Position numbers and translations under genes: made by a program | From: Trichormus sp. ATA11-4-KO1 | GTDB taxonomy: Bacteria > Cyanobacteriota > Cyanobacteriia > Cyanobacteriales > Nostocaceae | Assembly: GCA_019358915.1 (NCBI GenBank) | Contig: JAHHIM010000001.1 | Location: forward strand, 232,386 to 296,385 | Length of the DNA stretch: 64,000 nt | Direction: 5' to 3' | The notes under the pieces: generated by a model | Databases searched by the model: none | What the model saw: only the letters and a program-made list of their open reading frames with translations | Told to the model about the DNA's origin: nothing | In this document: piece after piece, positions 8,297-19,285 of the stretch | Layout: each line of letters begins with the position of its first letter | Position numbering within the stretch: position 1 is the stretch's first letter

Positions 8297-10660
8297 ATGA
8301 TTCAGACAACTGGTGTAATTATTTGTCTTGGCTACATTTTAGGATTATTGTTAGCGACAGTTCCTTGGGGTGGCCTTTGGATTCTCGTCTTGGGGATAAC
8401 GGCAGCATTTCTGTTGAGAAGACGCTACACCAGAACACGACAACTTGCTCAGAAACTAGAGAATTCTGGAAGTAAAACCAAGGTAGTACCTAACATCTGG
8501 CAAACTGCTCCCCACCCTCGAGTGTGGCTAGCGGCTGGGTTAGTAGGGTTGTTAGCAACTGTGTATTTTCAGTGGCGAGTACCGCAACCGGGAGAGAAAG
8601 ACATCAGTACATTTGTTGCTGCTAGAAATCAGAGTACTCAAGAACAACTGGTGATTGTTCGTGGTGAAGTGGCGAGTAATCCCCGCTTAACTCGCAGCCA
8701 AAGAGGACAGTTTTGGTTAAATGCAACTCAACTGGATCAAGTGAAAAACGACAAAAGCCCGGCGGATGTCTCGAAAGGAGTCACAGGTAAATTGTATGTG
8801 ACTGTACCTTTACTTCAGGCTACTGGGTTATATCCTGGTCAACAAATTGATGTAACTGGAGTCTTATATAAACCGAAAGCAGCAGCAAATCCTGGAGCTT
8901 TTGATTTTCAGAAATTTCTCAAGCAACAAGGAACATTTGCTGGTTTGACGGGAAGACAGATAAGTATTCTCGATCAGTATGAAGAACGTCAGTGGGGATG
9001 GTGGCAAATTCGGGAGCGCATTGTGCGATCGCAAGTTCGTTGGCTGGGTGTTCCAGAAGGGCCGCTTGTCAGTGCAATGGTTTTGGGTAGCAAAGCGGTT
9101 GATTTACCTTACGATATCCGCGATTTATTTGTTAAAGCAGGATTAGCTCATACTTTGGCAGCTTCAGGCTTTCAAACTTCCTTGATTTTGGGTTTGATAT
9201 TACAGTTGACAAGGCGTACCACCAAAGGAACACAATTTACTTTAGGCTGTTTGGGTTTAATTATTTTCCTGAGTTTAACAGGGTTCCAACCTTCGGTACT
9301 GCGAGCCGTAATTATGGGTTTTGCGGTATTAGTTGGTTTGGTATTAAAGAGAAAGGTTAAACAATTTGGCTCATTGCTATTAGCAGCAACTCTATTATTG
9401 TTATTTAATCCTTTATGGATTGGAGATTTAGGCTTTCAACTGAGTTTTTTAGCAACATTAGGATTAATTGTTACAGTACCCGCACTTGTGAAACGCTGCG
9501 ATTGGTTACCACCTGCGATCGCGTCTGTAATTGCTGTCCCCCTTGCGGCCACAATTTGGACTTTACCCCTGCAACTTTTCGTATTTGGGGTTGTACCTGC
9601 TTATAGTTTGCTACTGAATATCATTAGCACACCCTTGATTTCGATGATTAGTATAGGTGCAATTACCAGCGCCATAGCAGCTTTAATTTGGCCTGCGGCT
9701 GGCAGTACTTTAGCTGGATTATTGCATTACCCTACTGATTGGCTAATTAAATTAGTCGAATTATTTAGTAATTTGCCAGGTAATTCTATTGCTGTGGGTA
9801 GTATATCTGTTGGGCAGTTACTAGCGATTTATACATTAATTATATTGGTGTGGCTGGTGCGTTGGTGGCAGAAACGGTGGTGGTTTGCTAGTTTAGTTGC
9901 CATTGGTTTGGTACTGATTCCAGTTTGGCATTCTGCAAATACATTATTTAGAATTACAGTCTTAGCAGCAGGTACAGAACCAGTTGTAGTTATTCAAGAC
10001 CGAGGTACAGTGACCTTAATTAATAGTGGAGATGAAGGTACAGGACGCTTCACTATTTTACCGTTTTTACAACAGCAAGGTGTGAATCAAATAGATTGGG
10101 CGATCGCGAGTAATTTTCCAGATAATGATAGTAGTGCTTGGTTGGAAGTTCTCCAAAGTCTACCGATCAAAAATTTTTATGAATATTCTGCAAATCAAAA
10201 TATTACTATTGCTACTCAGGCAATACAACAGGAAATCCAAAGACAAAAAGGCATTTACCAACCTTTAACACCTGGTCAAACAGTGAATATTAGTTCAGTA
10301 GTTGCCCAGTTAATTAATGAGCAACTGCCGATTTTACAATTGCAAATTCAAGGACAAAATTGGCTACTTATAGGTAATGTCAAGTCCAGAGAAGTGGAAC
10401 AGCTAGTGAAGACAGGAAGCTTGCTCCGCCCTCAAGTACTGTGGTGTAGCCCTCAGTCTTTGAAAGATTTAGTACAGATACTGCAACCACAGGTGGCGAT
10501 CGCCTCTTCTGGCAATCTTGACCCAAAAACTTTATCTGAACTGAGTAAAAACCAGACGAAACTATTTTCGACAAGAGAAGATGGCGCTATCCAATGGACA
10601 CCTGAAGGTCAATTTGAGGCATTTGTTCAGGCAATAGAAAATAAATCTTCTGTGTTTTAA
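8297..10660 (+). CDS. comEC: ComEC/Rec2 competence channel protein
   Basis: NPGAFDF, AGLAHTLAASGFQ, PSVLRA, GFQLSFLAT; multiple TMs; likely start MIQTTG. Confidence 0.93.
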   Translation: MIQTTGVIICLGYILGLLLATVPWGGLWILVLGITAAFLLRRRYTRTRQLAQKLENSGSKTKVVPNIWQTAPHPRVWLAAGLVGLLATVYFQWRVPQPGEKDISTFVAARNQSTQEQLVIVRGEVASNPRLTRSQRGQFWLNATQLDQVKNDKSPADVSKGVTGKLYVTVPLLQATGLYPGQQIDVTGVLYKPKAAANPGAFDFQKFLKQQGTFAGLTGRQISILDQYEERQWGWWQIRERIVRSQVRWLGVPEGPLVSAMVLGSKAVDLPYDIRDLFVKAGLAHTLAASGFQTSLILGLILQLTRRTTKGTQFTLGCLGLIIFLSLTGFQPSVLRAVIMGFAVLVGLVLKRKVKQFGSLLLAATLLLLFNPLWIGDLGFQLSFLATLGLIVTVPALVKRCDWLPPAIASVIAVPLAATIWTLPLQLFVFGVVPAYSLLLNIISTPLISMISIGAITSAIAALIWPAAGSTLAGLLHYPTDWLIKLVELFSNLPGNSIAVGSISVGQLLAIYTLIILVWLVRWWQKRWWFASLVAIGLVLIPVWHSANTLFRITVLAAGTEPVVVIQDRGTVTLINSGDEGTGRFTILPFLQQQGVNQIDWAIASNFPDNDSSAWLEVLQSLPIKNFYEYSANQNITIATQAIQQEIQRQKGIYQPLTPGQTVNISSVVAQLINEQLPILQLQIQGQNWLLIGNVKSREVEQLVKTGSLLRPQVLWCSPQSLKDLVQILQPQVAIASSGNLDPKTLSELSKNQTKLFSTREDGAIQWTPEGQFEAFVQAIENKSSVF

Positions 10661-10662
10661 TC

Positions 10663-11979
10663 TCAACCGTTGATGCCTTTAAACATTGCTTGCGCCCTCT
10701 GAAACGCTTCTTTCATCACTGCCTGAATTTTCTGAGGATCAGGTTTCTTACCTCCCATCAAGTCACCAAAATAAACACAAGCACCTTCCCCCAATGCCCA
10801 AGTGTAGGCAGCTGCCCAAGATGCAGCAATTACACTGCCGAAACCCGGTACAAATTTGATTAACTCGCGGGCGATCGCCTGAGCTAAAAAACCCCCAGCG
10901 ATCGTACTAACAATACCTCCTGCTTGAGATGGAGTCAGCGTCTGCCCATACAATTTTCCTAGCAGACTGACCATCGATACTTGCAAGGAAGTGAGAACAG
11001 GCATCGTCGCCAATGGCAGAGGTACAGCTGCGAGGGCTGCCGCCATAATCGCAAATGGCAAAATATAACGGCGTCCAGCATCTCGGTAAATATTACCAAG
11101 TTGCTGACCAGCTACATCATCTAATAATTGATAAATTGCCCGGGATTCGGCTTCTGGTAGTAGGTCTGCTAAAGTATCTCTTAATGCTTCCAAGCCATAA
11201 AATACAGGATTGTAGCCATCTTCCTCCAACGTGAAGTCGATGAGAATGGAGCGATCAAAAAGTCCTGCAAAAGCTTGCTCAATTGCCGCGAAGGCTCGGT
11301 TAATTTCCTCATAATCTGGCGGATATTCAGGATGATCGGCGGTACTAGGAGGATAAATTTCATGTAAGCAGGTAACCGCCAGCAAGCAGGGAATGTCTGG
11401 ATACTGCTGACGTAGTTGCTGAGTAATTTGTCGCAGTGTATCAGTTGCGAAGTCATTGATTTTGACTGTCAGAATCAAGACTCTGGCGCGGCGGTGCGAC
11501 TGTTGTAGATCCCCAATTAGCTCGTTAATCACTATTTGAGTATCTTGATTTACATCTCCCAGCCCTACTGTATCCGTGAAAATAAGCAACGGCAGATCAT
11601 GAGAAGGATAAGCATAACGCTCGGTATATTGTGTATGTGGACGAAATCCCTGACCAATAATCTCAGCAGAAACTCCCGTCAGTCCTCGGACAATTGAACT
11701 TTTACCAGCTTGGGGTTTACCAATAAGCAAGGCTTCTGTGGTTGGCAGTTCTGCTCGAACTGTTGCCAAAATCTCTGCAACCTCATCTTCGCTGACGCTA
11801 AACCACTGGATAATGGTCTGTGTCACTTGCTCTACGGGTACGAGCTTCACCAGACCTGTTGTAGCTTGATTCCAGATGCCAGCAATCCGATTTGACCAAG
11901 CACTATCACTCGACTTAGTTTTTACACTATCAGTCGGTTCCTTAAATTGCTGAGTGTCAGTATTACGTTGCTCAGTCAT
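10663..11979 (-). CDS. GTPase with C-terminal DUF697/YcjF domain
   Basis: GKPQAGKSS P-loop, DTVG, C-terminal ELIKFVPGFGSVIAA. Confidence 0.85.
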   Translation of the reverse strand: MTEQRNTDTQQFKEPTDSVKTKSSDSAWSNRIAGIWNQATTGLVKLVPVEQVTQTIIQWFSVSEDEVAEILATVRAELPTTEALLIGKPQAGKSSIVRGLTGVSAEIIGQGFRPHTQYTERYAYPSHDLPLLIFTDTVGLGDVNQDTQIVINELIGDLQQSHRRARVLILTVKINDFATDTLRQITQQLRQQYPDIPCLLAVTCLHEIYPPSTADHPEYPPDYEEINRAFAAIEQAFAGLFDRSILIDFTLEEDGYNPVFYGLEALRDTLADLLPEAESRAIYQLLDDVAGQQLGNIYRDAGRRYILPFAIMAAALAAVPLPLATMPVLTSLQVSMVSLLGKLYGQTLTPSQAGGIVSTIAGGFLAQAIARELIKFVPGFGSVIAASWAAAYTWALGEGACVYFGDLMGGKKPDPQKIQAVMKEAFQRAQAMFKGING

Positions 11980-12178
11980 TTTGACAACAACCAATAATTG
12001 TCTATTTTAACAAGCAATAGTTGACAAAAAGACACTGGGGCGTGCTGAGTTAGCGCCATCCTACGCCAGGGTTAATCACAGAAATTTCGAGAATGGCAAA
12101 AAGAATGGAGAGATCGCTTGCTGTATTCTTCACAGTTTGTTACAAAAGTATAAAGAACTTCTAGAGACCCAAAACTAC

Positions 12179-12973
12179 ATGTTCGGCGGACTTACTGGTT
12201 TAACAGATCCTAAAGGCACAGACTGGGGAGAGCGGATGCTTAACACAGTCGCCAGCCAAACGATTCGCCACTTGTTTACCCAAAGCGAGTCAGTAGAAGT
12301 CTTTGTACGCTGCTATCCCTCCAGCAAACTGTTGCAAGGCAGCATAGATAGCTTCAAAATGAGCGGTCGTGGCTTGGTGATTCGCAAAGATTTCTGGGTA
12401 GAGCAAATGTCCTTTGAAACTAATGCCGTTGCCATTGACTTCGGCGCGGTTCTCAGTGGCAAGTTGAATCTCAAGCAACCCACCCAAGCGATCGCTCAAG
12501 TAATCTTATCAGAAGCAGGAATTAATCAAGCCTTCCAGTCCAAACTGGTAACACAGCATCTGGTTAACCTTTCTGTACCTGCCTTGACGGCACTATCTGG
12601 CGGTAAGCCAGTCTCTTTTACTGATATTCAAGTAGAACTATTAGCAGAAAATCGTTTGCGGATCTTGGCCAAGGCAGATTTAGATAATGGCGAACTCGTA
12701 CCACTGAGCATGATCATGACTGTAGCCGTTGAACGGCGGCGGCGGATTTCTTTTAAAGATCCCAAAATTGAGCTTGACTTAGTACCAGAAAATCAACGGG
12801 AAATATCTCAAGCATTGAGTTTAGCACTGGCGGAAATTTTAGATAATATGGTTGATTTGGATCGCTTTGACCTTGATGGTGTGAAAATGCGGCTGAATCG
12901 TTTAGAAACTGAAGGAAAAACATTGATTTTCAGTGGATATGCGGAAATTGAACGTATTCCTCGCAAACCTTAA
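12179..12973 (+). CDS. DUF2993 (LmeA-like) protein
   Basis: SKLLQGSIDSFKMSGRGLVIR pattern; likely start MFGGLTG. Confidence 0.8.
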   Translation: MFGGLTGLTDPKGTDWGERMLNTVASQTIRHLFTQSESVEVFVRCYPSSKLLQGSIDSFKMSGRGLVIRKDFWVEQMSFETNAVAIDFGAVLSGKLNLKQPTQAIAQVILSEAGINQAFQSKLVTQHLVNLSVPALTALSGGKPVSFTDIQVELLAENRLRILAKADLDNGELVPLSMIMTVAVERRRRISFKDPKIELDLVPENQREISQALSLALAEILDNMVDLDRFDLDGVKMRLNRLETEGKTLIFSGYAEIERIPRKP

Positions 12974-13001
12974 ACTGGTAGTACCAAAAACCTTCAAATG
13001 A

Positions 13002-13031
13002 AATACCGCCGAGAAATTTCTCGGCGGTATT
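13002..13031. terminator. Perfect 30-bp palindrome between convergent genes (bidirectional terminator)
   Basis: AATACCGCCGAGAAATTTCTCGGCGGTATT. Confidence 0.7.
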
Positions 13032-13101
13032 ATGACTCGGTGTGGAAATTAAAAAGTACTCTACTAATTTTTTACTTTTTAATTCTCTATTTTTAATTTT
13101 C

Positions 13102-14493
13102 CTATCGTCCAACACCTACATATTGGAAACCAGCCCTCACCATACTTTCAGGGTCGAGGAAGTTGCGACCATCGATGATCACGGGGTGGAGCATCAACTT
13201 TGCCATCTTGGCATAATCCAAGTTGCTGAACTGCTCCCATTCAGTTACCAATACTAACGCGTCACAGCCATCGGCCAGCCTCTCAGCATCAGTTTCTACT
13301 AACACACCAGAAAGACCATGACGCAGACCTGTCTGAGAAACAATGGGGTCGTAGGCTTTAACTTTGGCTCCCAGGCGGTTCAGCTGCTCAATCAGGTTGA
13401 GTGCTGGAGCATCACGCATATCATCAGTATCGGGCTTGAAGGTCAAACCCAGTAGTCCCACCGTTTTGCCTTTGAGAATTTTCAGGGCTTGTTGGAGTTT
13501 TTCTAAAGCAATCAAGCGCTGGCGTTCATTAACAGTCACAGCTGCTTTCATGAGCTGGGCTTCGTAGCCATAATCATCAGCAGTGTGAATCAGTGCAGCG
13601 ACATCTTTGGGGAAGCAGGAACCACCCCAACCAATACCAGCGTTTAAGAACTTGTTACCAATGCGGGAGTCTAGACCGATACCCTTAGCTACTTGAGTAA
13701 CATCAGCACCGACGCGATCGCAAATGTTAGCAACTTCGTTAATAAAACTAATCTTGGTTGCCAAGAAAGCGTTAGCTGCGTATTTGATCATTTCTGCGGA
13801 ACTGAGGTCTGTTGCCAGTATTGGCACTGGAGGTAAAGTTTGATCGGCAGCGTACTGGCGCTCCACAATTGGGGCATACAGTTCTTGCATTAAGGCGATC
13901 GCTTTTTGACTATTGCCGCCCAAGACGATGCGATCGGGGTTAAAGGTGTCGTATACAGCCGAACCTTCGCGCAAGAATTCTGGATTGCTGACAACATCAA
14001 ACTGGGCGACAACCTCAGGCAATTTTTCTTCAATCGACGCTCCACCTGCGGGTACGAGTGTTTTCTGACGCTCAGCAATCCCATCCAAAACAATCATCCG
14101 TACCCAGTCACCGGAACCAATGGGGACTGTAGATTTATTGACAATCACTTTGTAACCGCCGTTGAGATTTGCCCCGATACCACGAGCTACGGCTTCGACA
14201 TAGCGGGTGTCACTTTCTCCTGTGGGCAAAGGTGGTGTTCCCACAGCAATAAACAGAATTTCCCCGTGAGCAACCCCAGCAGCGAGATCAGTAGTGAACT
14301 GAATTTTTCCTACTTGAATGGCAGACTGCATAATCTCTGAGAGTCCCGGCTCAAAAATAGGGGACTGCCCAGATTTCATTAACTTAACTTTTTCTTCGTT
14401 GTTATCTACGCAAATTACATCATGCCCAATGTGAGCCAAGCAAGCGCCTGTAACCAAACCAACGTAACCAGTACCAATTACGCAAACACGCAT
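13102..14493 (-). CDS. ugd: UDP-glucose 6-dehydrogenase
   Basis: GTGYVG, NPEFLREG, GWGGSCFPKD, FKPDTDD. Confidence 0.95.
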   Translation of the reverse strand: MRVCVIGTGYVGLVTGACLAHIGHDVICVDNNEEKVKLMKSGQSPIFEPGLSEIMQSAIQVGKIQFTTDLAAGVAHGEILFIAVGTPPLPTGESDTRYVEAVARGIGANLNGGYKVIVNKSTVPIGSGDWVRMIVLDGIAERQKTLVPAGGASIEEKLPEVVAQFDVVSNPEFLREGSAVYDTFNPDRIVLGGNSQKAIALMQELYAPIVERQYAADQTLPPVPILATDLSSAEMIKYAANAFLATKISFINEVANICDRVGADVTQVAKGIGLDSRIGNKFLNAGIGWGGSCFPKDVAALIHTADDYGYEAQLMKAAVTVNERQRLIALEKLQQALKILKGKTVGLLGLTFKPDTDDMRDAPALNLIEQLNRLGAKVKAYDPIVSQTGLRHGLSGVLVETDAERLADGCDALVLVTEWEQFSNLDYAKMAKLMLHPVIIDGRNFLDPESMVRAGFQYVGVGR

Positions 14494-14657
14494 TTAGTTT
14501 AACTCCTCGCTTTTTTGGGGTTAGTCTTCATAAAGAAGTTGTCAATTATGTCACTTAAAGATTACTGGTAAAACCAGCAACTAGAGTACAGACTACTAAT
14601 GAGGTAAGCCTGCACTAGGTTCAGAGCGGCATTTAGCGCTACTCCAGAACCTAAAAT

Positions 14658-15620
14658 TTAAGTATCGCTTTGAACGCCATTGCCTGCGGCAGTGCGGAAA
14701 ACGCGATCGCGGAAATCTTCTACTGTTAGTTTTAACCCCTCTTGTAGCGGAACGGTAGGTTCCCAATTTAACAAGGTTTTTGCTTTGGTGATATCAGGTT
14801 GGCGACGACGGGGATCATCAGATGGTAGTGGTTCAAATTTAATCTGTGCGTCTGGGTTCACCATGTTTTGCACAGCTTTTGCCAATTCTAAAATCGTATA
14901 TTCACCAGGATTGCCTAAATTCACTGGGCCAACATAGTCGCCATTCATCAAGCGGATAAAACCTTCTACCAAATCAGAAACGTAACAGAAGCTTCGCGTT
15001 TGTGAACCATCACCGTACACAGTTAAAGGATTACCCTGCAAGGCTTGAACTATAAAGTTGCTCACCACCCGGCCATCGTTTTCTAACATCCTGGGGCCAT
15101 AAGTGTTGAAAATCCGAGCAACACGAATATCGACTTTATTTTGTCTGTAGTAATCAAATGACAAAGTTTCCGCAATTCTTTTACCTTCGTCGTAGCATGA
15201 CCGGATGCCAATGGGATTAACGCTACCCCTATACTCTTCGGTTTGGGGATGAACTTCTGGATCTCCGTAGACTTCACTAGTTGAGGCCAAAAAAAACCTA
15301 GCTTTGACACGTTTGGCTAACCCCAACATATTCAGTGTCCCCATGACGTTAGTTTTCACGGTTTTCACTGGATTGTACTGGTAATGTACTGGAGAAGCTG
15401 GACAAGCTAGATGATAAATTTGATCCACTTCTAACCGAATTGGCTCTGTGATGTCGTGGCGAATCAGTTCAAAGTAGGGATGATTCATCCATTTGAGGAT
15501 ATTGCGTTTGTCACCTGTGTAAAAGTTATCTAAGCAAATTACCTCATGCCCTGCGGGTAGTAGTCGGTCAATAAGATGGGAACCAATAAACCCAGCACCG
15601 CCCGTCACCAAAATTCTCAT
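14658..15620 (-). CDS. UDP-glucuronate decarboxylase (UDP-xylose synthase family)
   Basis: [31 protein letters not shown]. Confidence 0.93.
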   Translation of the reverse strand: MRILVTGGAGFIGSHLIDRLLPAGHEVICLDNFYTGDKRNILKWMNHPYFELIRHDITEPIRLEVDQIYHLACPASPVHYQYNPVKTVKTNVMGTLNMLGLAKRVKARFFLASTSEVYGDPEVHPQTEEYRGSVNPIGIRSCYDEGKRIAETLSFDYYRQNKVDIRVARIFNTYGPRMLENDGRVVSNFIVQALQGNPLTVYGDGSQTRSFCYVSDLVEGFIRLMNGDYVGPVNLGNPGEYTILELAKAVQNMVNPDAQIKFEPLPSDDPRRRQPDITKAKTLLNWEPTVPLQEGLKLTVEDFRDRVFRTAAGNGVQSDT

Positions 15621-15956
15621 AGTTTCCCAGTTAATTTATAGATATTGCTAGTTGCTCTTTAACATATTGTTAGATTACCCAGCCTAAATACAAAAATACA
15701 GGACGAACAGAGCTAACTGAGAATGCATTTTGGAATTCAAAGTTGGCATCTTAGCAGAAATTTCCTTACATATACGATTTGTGAATTTTAAATTAAATTT
15801 TTAACAATTCATCTAGCAAAATACCAAACATCCCCTGATGATTGTCTTGCTTTAACCTAGAATTCATCAAATCTTTAACAATATAAAGTTTTTTTACAGT
15901 GAACTTCAAAGCCGTTATGAGTTAAAAAACCAAGGATTATGATAAAGTCTTGGCGA

Positions 15957-18092
15957 TTACATCGCAGTTGTCGGGCTGGAAATTTCTGTGAGTAAAATTC
16001 CTGTTTGGGGGCGTTGTGGTTCTCCCAGCATGACAATAGAGCAAGTAAGTTGTCCGGCTAACTGAGTTGTCACATCACTAATAGCTAAACCACCAGGACT
16101 AGTACGGTTACGGATAAATGGTAATACTACTAAATCGTATAAACGCGCTGCTTGCAAAATTGCTTGGGCAACATTTTCATGAGCGATGATTTGAATTTCT
16201 GGGGGATTGGACACAGCTAATTGAGACATCATTTGGGTGAGGTGTGATCGCCTGGCAGCGATTTTACTGGAACTGGTGCGGCGATCGCACACATTTAGCA
16301 CAGTCACTTGGGCTTGATTGGCCTCTGCCAGCATTTGGGCAAATTGTACAGGTTGCAATGTTGATGCGGTTAAATTTTCCCATGGGACTAAGATGCGTTG
16401 AATTTTTTTCGGTGAGTCCATCAGACGTGTCACCGCCACTGGACAGTGGGATGCCCAAAGTACGTTATCAATCACATTGCCAAACAAACGCGCTCTCAAT
16501 CCAGTGCGTTTACCCCAACCCATGACAATTAAACTCGCCTTTTGTTCGCGCGCCGCCCTGCTAATTCCCGGCGCAAAGGCATCATCAATTCGCAGCAATG
16601 GTTCTGCTTCTACTCCCAAAACTCGACTTTGTGCTGTAGCTTTTGCTAGTAACCGCTCACTACGTCGCAGAGAAGCCTCTAACTGTGGTGCATCCATGTG
16701 AGCCGCAGCAGTAGCGATCGCTAATGGCACAATTGTGCCATGTGCTTGATGTGCTAATAGTGCCGCCATTTCAATCAAATACTGCTGAGTTTGAGGATTG
16801 TAGACAGGTACGACTATGGTTAAAGGATTATGCTTTTGTGCTGTTTTTTGGTCAGTTAAAGTTGGGGAATTTGTTTCTGTAACTGCTGTAGAAGTTAACG
16901 TAATGGCTACCCGACTGGTGAGCAGTGGTGCTAAAGTTGAGGTCACGAGCATTAGAATAACGACACTATTTAACACCTCTAGTGATAGCAATTCAGCCCG
17001 ATATCCTACTAAAGTTGCTGCTAAAGTAGTACCCATTTGCGGCATTGATAACGACCACATGGTCAGCATTTCCTGCCAGTTGTAGCAGTAAACAAATTTT
17101 GTTAACAAAGCAGCGATGAATTTGCTGGCAATTAAACCAACTACAATCAACAGCGATAACTTAAGGGTGTAAATACTGGTAAAAAAACCAGGCAGATCAA
17201 TCAGCAAGCCAAAATAAACAAAGAAAATGGGAATAAATAGGACACTGCCAACAAATACGACCTTTTCTTTGACTGGCCCTTCACCAACCGCTTCATTGAC
17301 TGCTAAACCTGCTAAAAAAGCGCCGACAATTTTTTCTACTCCCATGAATTGAGCGCCCACAACCGAAAGAAACACGGTAAGCAACACAAACAAAAATTTA
17401 TTGCCTTCGTCGTCTCCTGAGCGGCGAAAAAATTCTTTACCTGCCCAATCAAAACCTACCAAAATCATCATGGAGTAAATACTCAACCAACTCAATAAAG
17501 TGAGTAGTTGAGGCAAGCTAAAAGCTCCCGCATAACTAGTGGCTACACAAACGGCTAATACCAGAAGTGCGCCGAGATTGGTAAAGATTGTCGCTCCCAT
17601 AGTGGCGATCACAGCTTCATTATTGACCACTCCCAGACGACTGATAATGGGATATGCCAAAAGAGTGTAGGAAGCTAACAAAGAGCCAATTAAAATCGAA
17701 GTATTCCATTCCCAGCCCAAAATTCGCCCTAATAAAGTTCCCATCACCAGAGGAACTATAAAAGTAAAGCTGCCAAATCCTAAGGAGCGTTTTCTCCGGC
17801 GACGGAAGTCCTTGATTTCTACTTCTAATCCTGCTACAAACATCAAGTAAATCAAACCAATGTCCGCTAGCAGGCTAATTATCGGCGATTCTGGATGGAA
17901 TAGATTCCAGCCTGATGGCCCCAGTACGACCCCAGAGAATACCAAACCCACTAATCCTGGTAGTCTCAGCCGCTCAAAGAGAATGGGTACTACTAAAATG
18001 ACCACCAGCAACACAGCAAAGGTCACAATTGGTTCTTTGCCGAGAACTTGGGAAGTTGGTTCCAGAGCAAGAACTTGTGATGTTAGTTCCAT
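15957..18092 (-). CDS. Cation:proton antiporter (CPA2) with C-terminal USP-like domains
   Basis: Many TMs, LMFVAGLE, GAFLAGL; C-terminal GWG..ARLFGNVIDNVL. Confidence 0.9.
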   Translation of the reverse strand: MELTSQVLALEPTSQVLGKEPIVTFAVLLVVILVVPILFERLRLPGLVGLVFSGVVLGPSGWNLFHPESPIISLLADIGLIYLMFVAGLEVEIKDFRRRRKRSLGFGSFTFIVPLVMGTLLGRILGWEWNTSILIGSLLASYTLLAYPIISRLGVVNNEAVIATMGATIFTNLGALLVLAVCVATSYAGAFSLPQLLTLLSWLSIYSMMILVGFDWAGKEFFRRSGDDEGNKFLFVLLTVFLSVVGAQFMGVEKIVGAFLAGLAVNEAVGEGPVKEKVVFVGSVLFIPIFFVYFGLLIDLPGFFTSIYTLKLSLLIVVGLIASKFIAALLTKFVYCYNWQEMLTMWSLSMPQMGTTLAATLVGYRAELLSLEVLNSVVILMLVTSTLAPLLTSRVAITLTSTAVTETNSPTLTDQKTAQKHNPLTIVVPVYNPQTQQYLIEMAALLAHQAHGTIVPLAIATAAAHMDAPQLEASLRRSERLLAKATAQSRVLGVEAEPLLRIDDAFAPGISRAAREQKASLIVMGWGKRTGLRARLFGNVIDNVLWASHCPVAVTRLMDSPKKIQRILVPWENLTASTLQPVQFAQMLAEANQAQVTVLNVCDRRTSSSKIAARRSHLTQMMSQLAVSNPPEIQIIAHENVAQAILQAARLYDLVVLPFIRNRTSPGGLAISDVTTQLAGQLTCSIVMLGEPQRPQTGILLTEISSPTTAM

Positions 18093-18239
18093 AGGTTGGA
18101 CTTTAAAGGGCAACAGTGCAGCTGCGATCGCCTGGAGTGCAATCGCCCAAACAATGAATAATCAATGTAAAAGCTACCCTGACGAAATATAAAAAATCTT
18201 AATCTACACTACCTAGGTAATTGTTGAGGAACTAACTAC

Positions 18240-18896
18240 CTAAGGATGGATTTGACTCAAAATGAACCGCAAGCGATCGTAGTCGTCTTTTAACAACACG
18301 CTGAGAGTTCGCCCAGCTTTAATTAACCATTCTCGGTCGGCTTTGCGTAATTGGTATACCTCGCGGATGGCGGCTGCGGCTAATGACTCTACTGGCGCAC
18401 TGTTAACAGACAGTAATGTCCGCAAAAAATCTAGTTCCTCAGAGAATTTAATGATTGCTTCTGGCTCACATCGATAAACAGCTTGATGAATTTGCGGAGG
18501 ACGCGGTGGTAGATACTGATATACCCCTCGGTTATAACCTAGAGTAGGGGATGGTTGCTCAAATCCGACGATCGCCGCCCGAAATTCAGTTTTGAGCATG
18601 GCGAATATCTGGGGTTGTTCCTCACGTAAATCTGGCAATGACAACCCCAGCGCCACAGCCCGATGCACAGAATCTATGGGCATAGTTGTAGCATGATATA
18701 CCACAGCATAAATCTGATTACCTGATTCTTCATCCACAGAACAGACCCAACTCCCAAAAGGTGGCATGGGAGGAAAACTCAAATCTTCCGGTTCCAAACA
18801 CTGTGCCAGAAATTCAGTAGAAGTAGTCTCTATCACCTCGGCAATATGATTGGGGTGGCGATCGCCAGTAGCAAACTGTGGTAAAGGAAGACGCAT
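18240..18896 (-). CDS. HAS-barrel domain protein
   Basis: HIAEVIETTSTEFLAQC, PPFGSWV, YLPPRPPQIH. Confidence 0.75.
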   Translation of the reverse strand: MRLPLPQFATGDRHPNHIAEVIETTSTEFLAQCLEPEDLSFPPMPPFGSWVCSVDEESGNQIYAVVYHATTMPIDSVHRAVALGLSLPDLREEQPQIFAMLKTEFRAAIVGFEQPSPTLGYNRGVYQYLPPRPPQIHQAVYRCEPEAIIKFSEELDFLRTLLSVNSAPVESLAAAAIREVYQLRKADREWLIKAGRTLSVLLKDDYDRLRFILSQIHP

Positions 18897-18898
18897 GA

Positions 18899-18930
18899 GA
18901 GTGCTGAGTGCTGAGTGCTGAGTGCTGAGT
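18899..18930. repeat. TGCTGAG STRR array
   Basis: Four tandem heptamers. Confidence 0.9.
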
Positions 18931-18963
18931 TAGGAATTATCCTAACTCTTAACTAAATAAAAT

Positions 18964-19161
18964 CTATTTCCCTTTTTTACGTCCTGCTGTGAGTTCTACA
19001 AGTTCCAATTCTGATGGTAGAAAGGTAATCAATTTATCCCAGTTACCACCTTCAAATAGCACAGCTACCTTACCATCACTCACCCGTTGCACAAGTCCTT
19101 CATAGAGATAATAGATATCGGCGGGATTTTTGACGCGAACAGTTGCTCCAGGCAGAATCAT
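18964..19161 (-). CDS. ndhS: NDH-1 subunit S
   Basis: [37 protein letters not shown]. Confidence 0.93.
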   Translation of the reverse strand: MILPGATVRVKNPADIYYLYEGLVQRVSDGKVAVLFEGGNWDKLITFLPSELELVELTAGRKKGK

Positions 19162-19285
19162 GATGTTTACCCTCGCTTGTTGACTGCTAATAGCTTATAA
19201 AGGGGAACAGGTAAGGGGCAACAGGCAAGAGAGTAATGCTGATCATAAATTCCTCTCTATTCCCTGTTCTCTGTTCCCTATTCCC

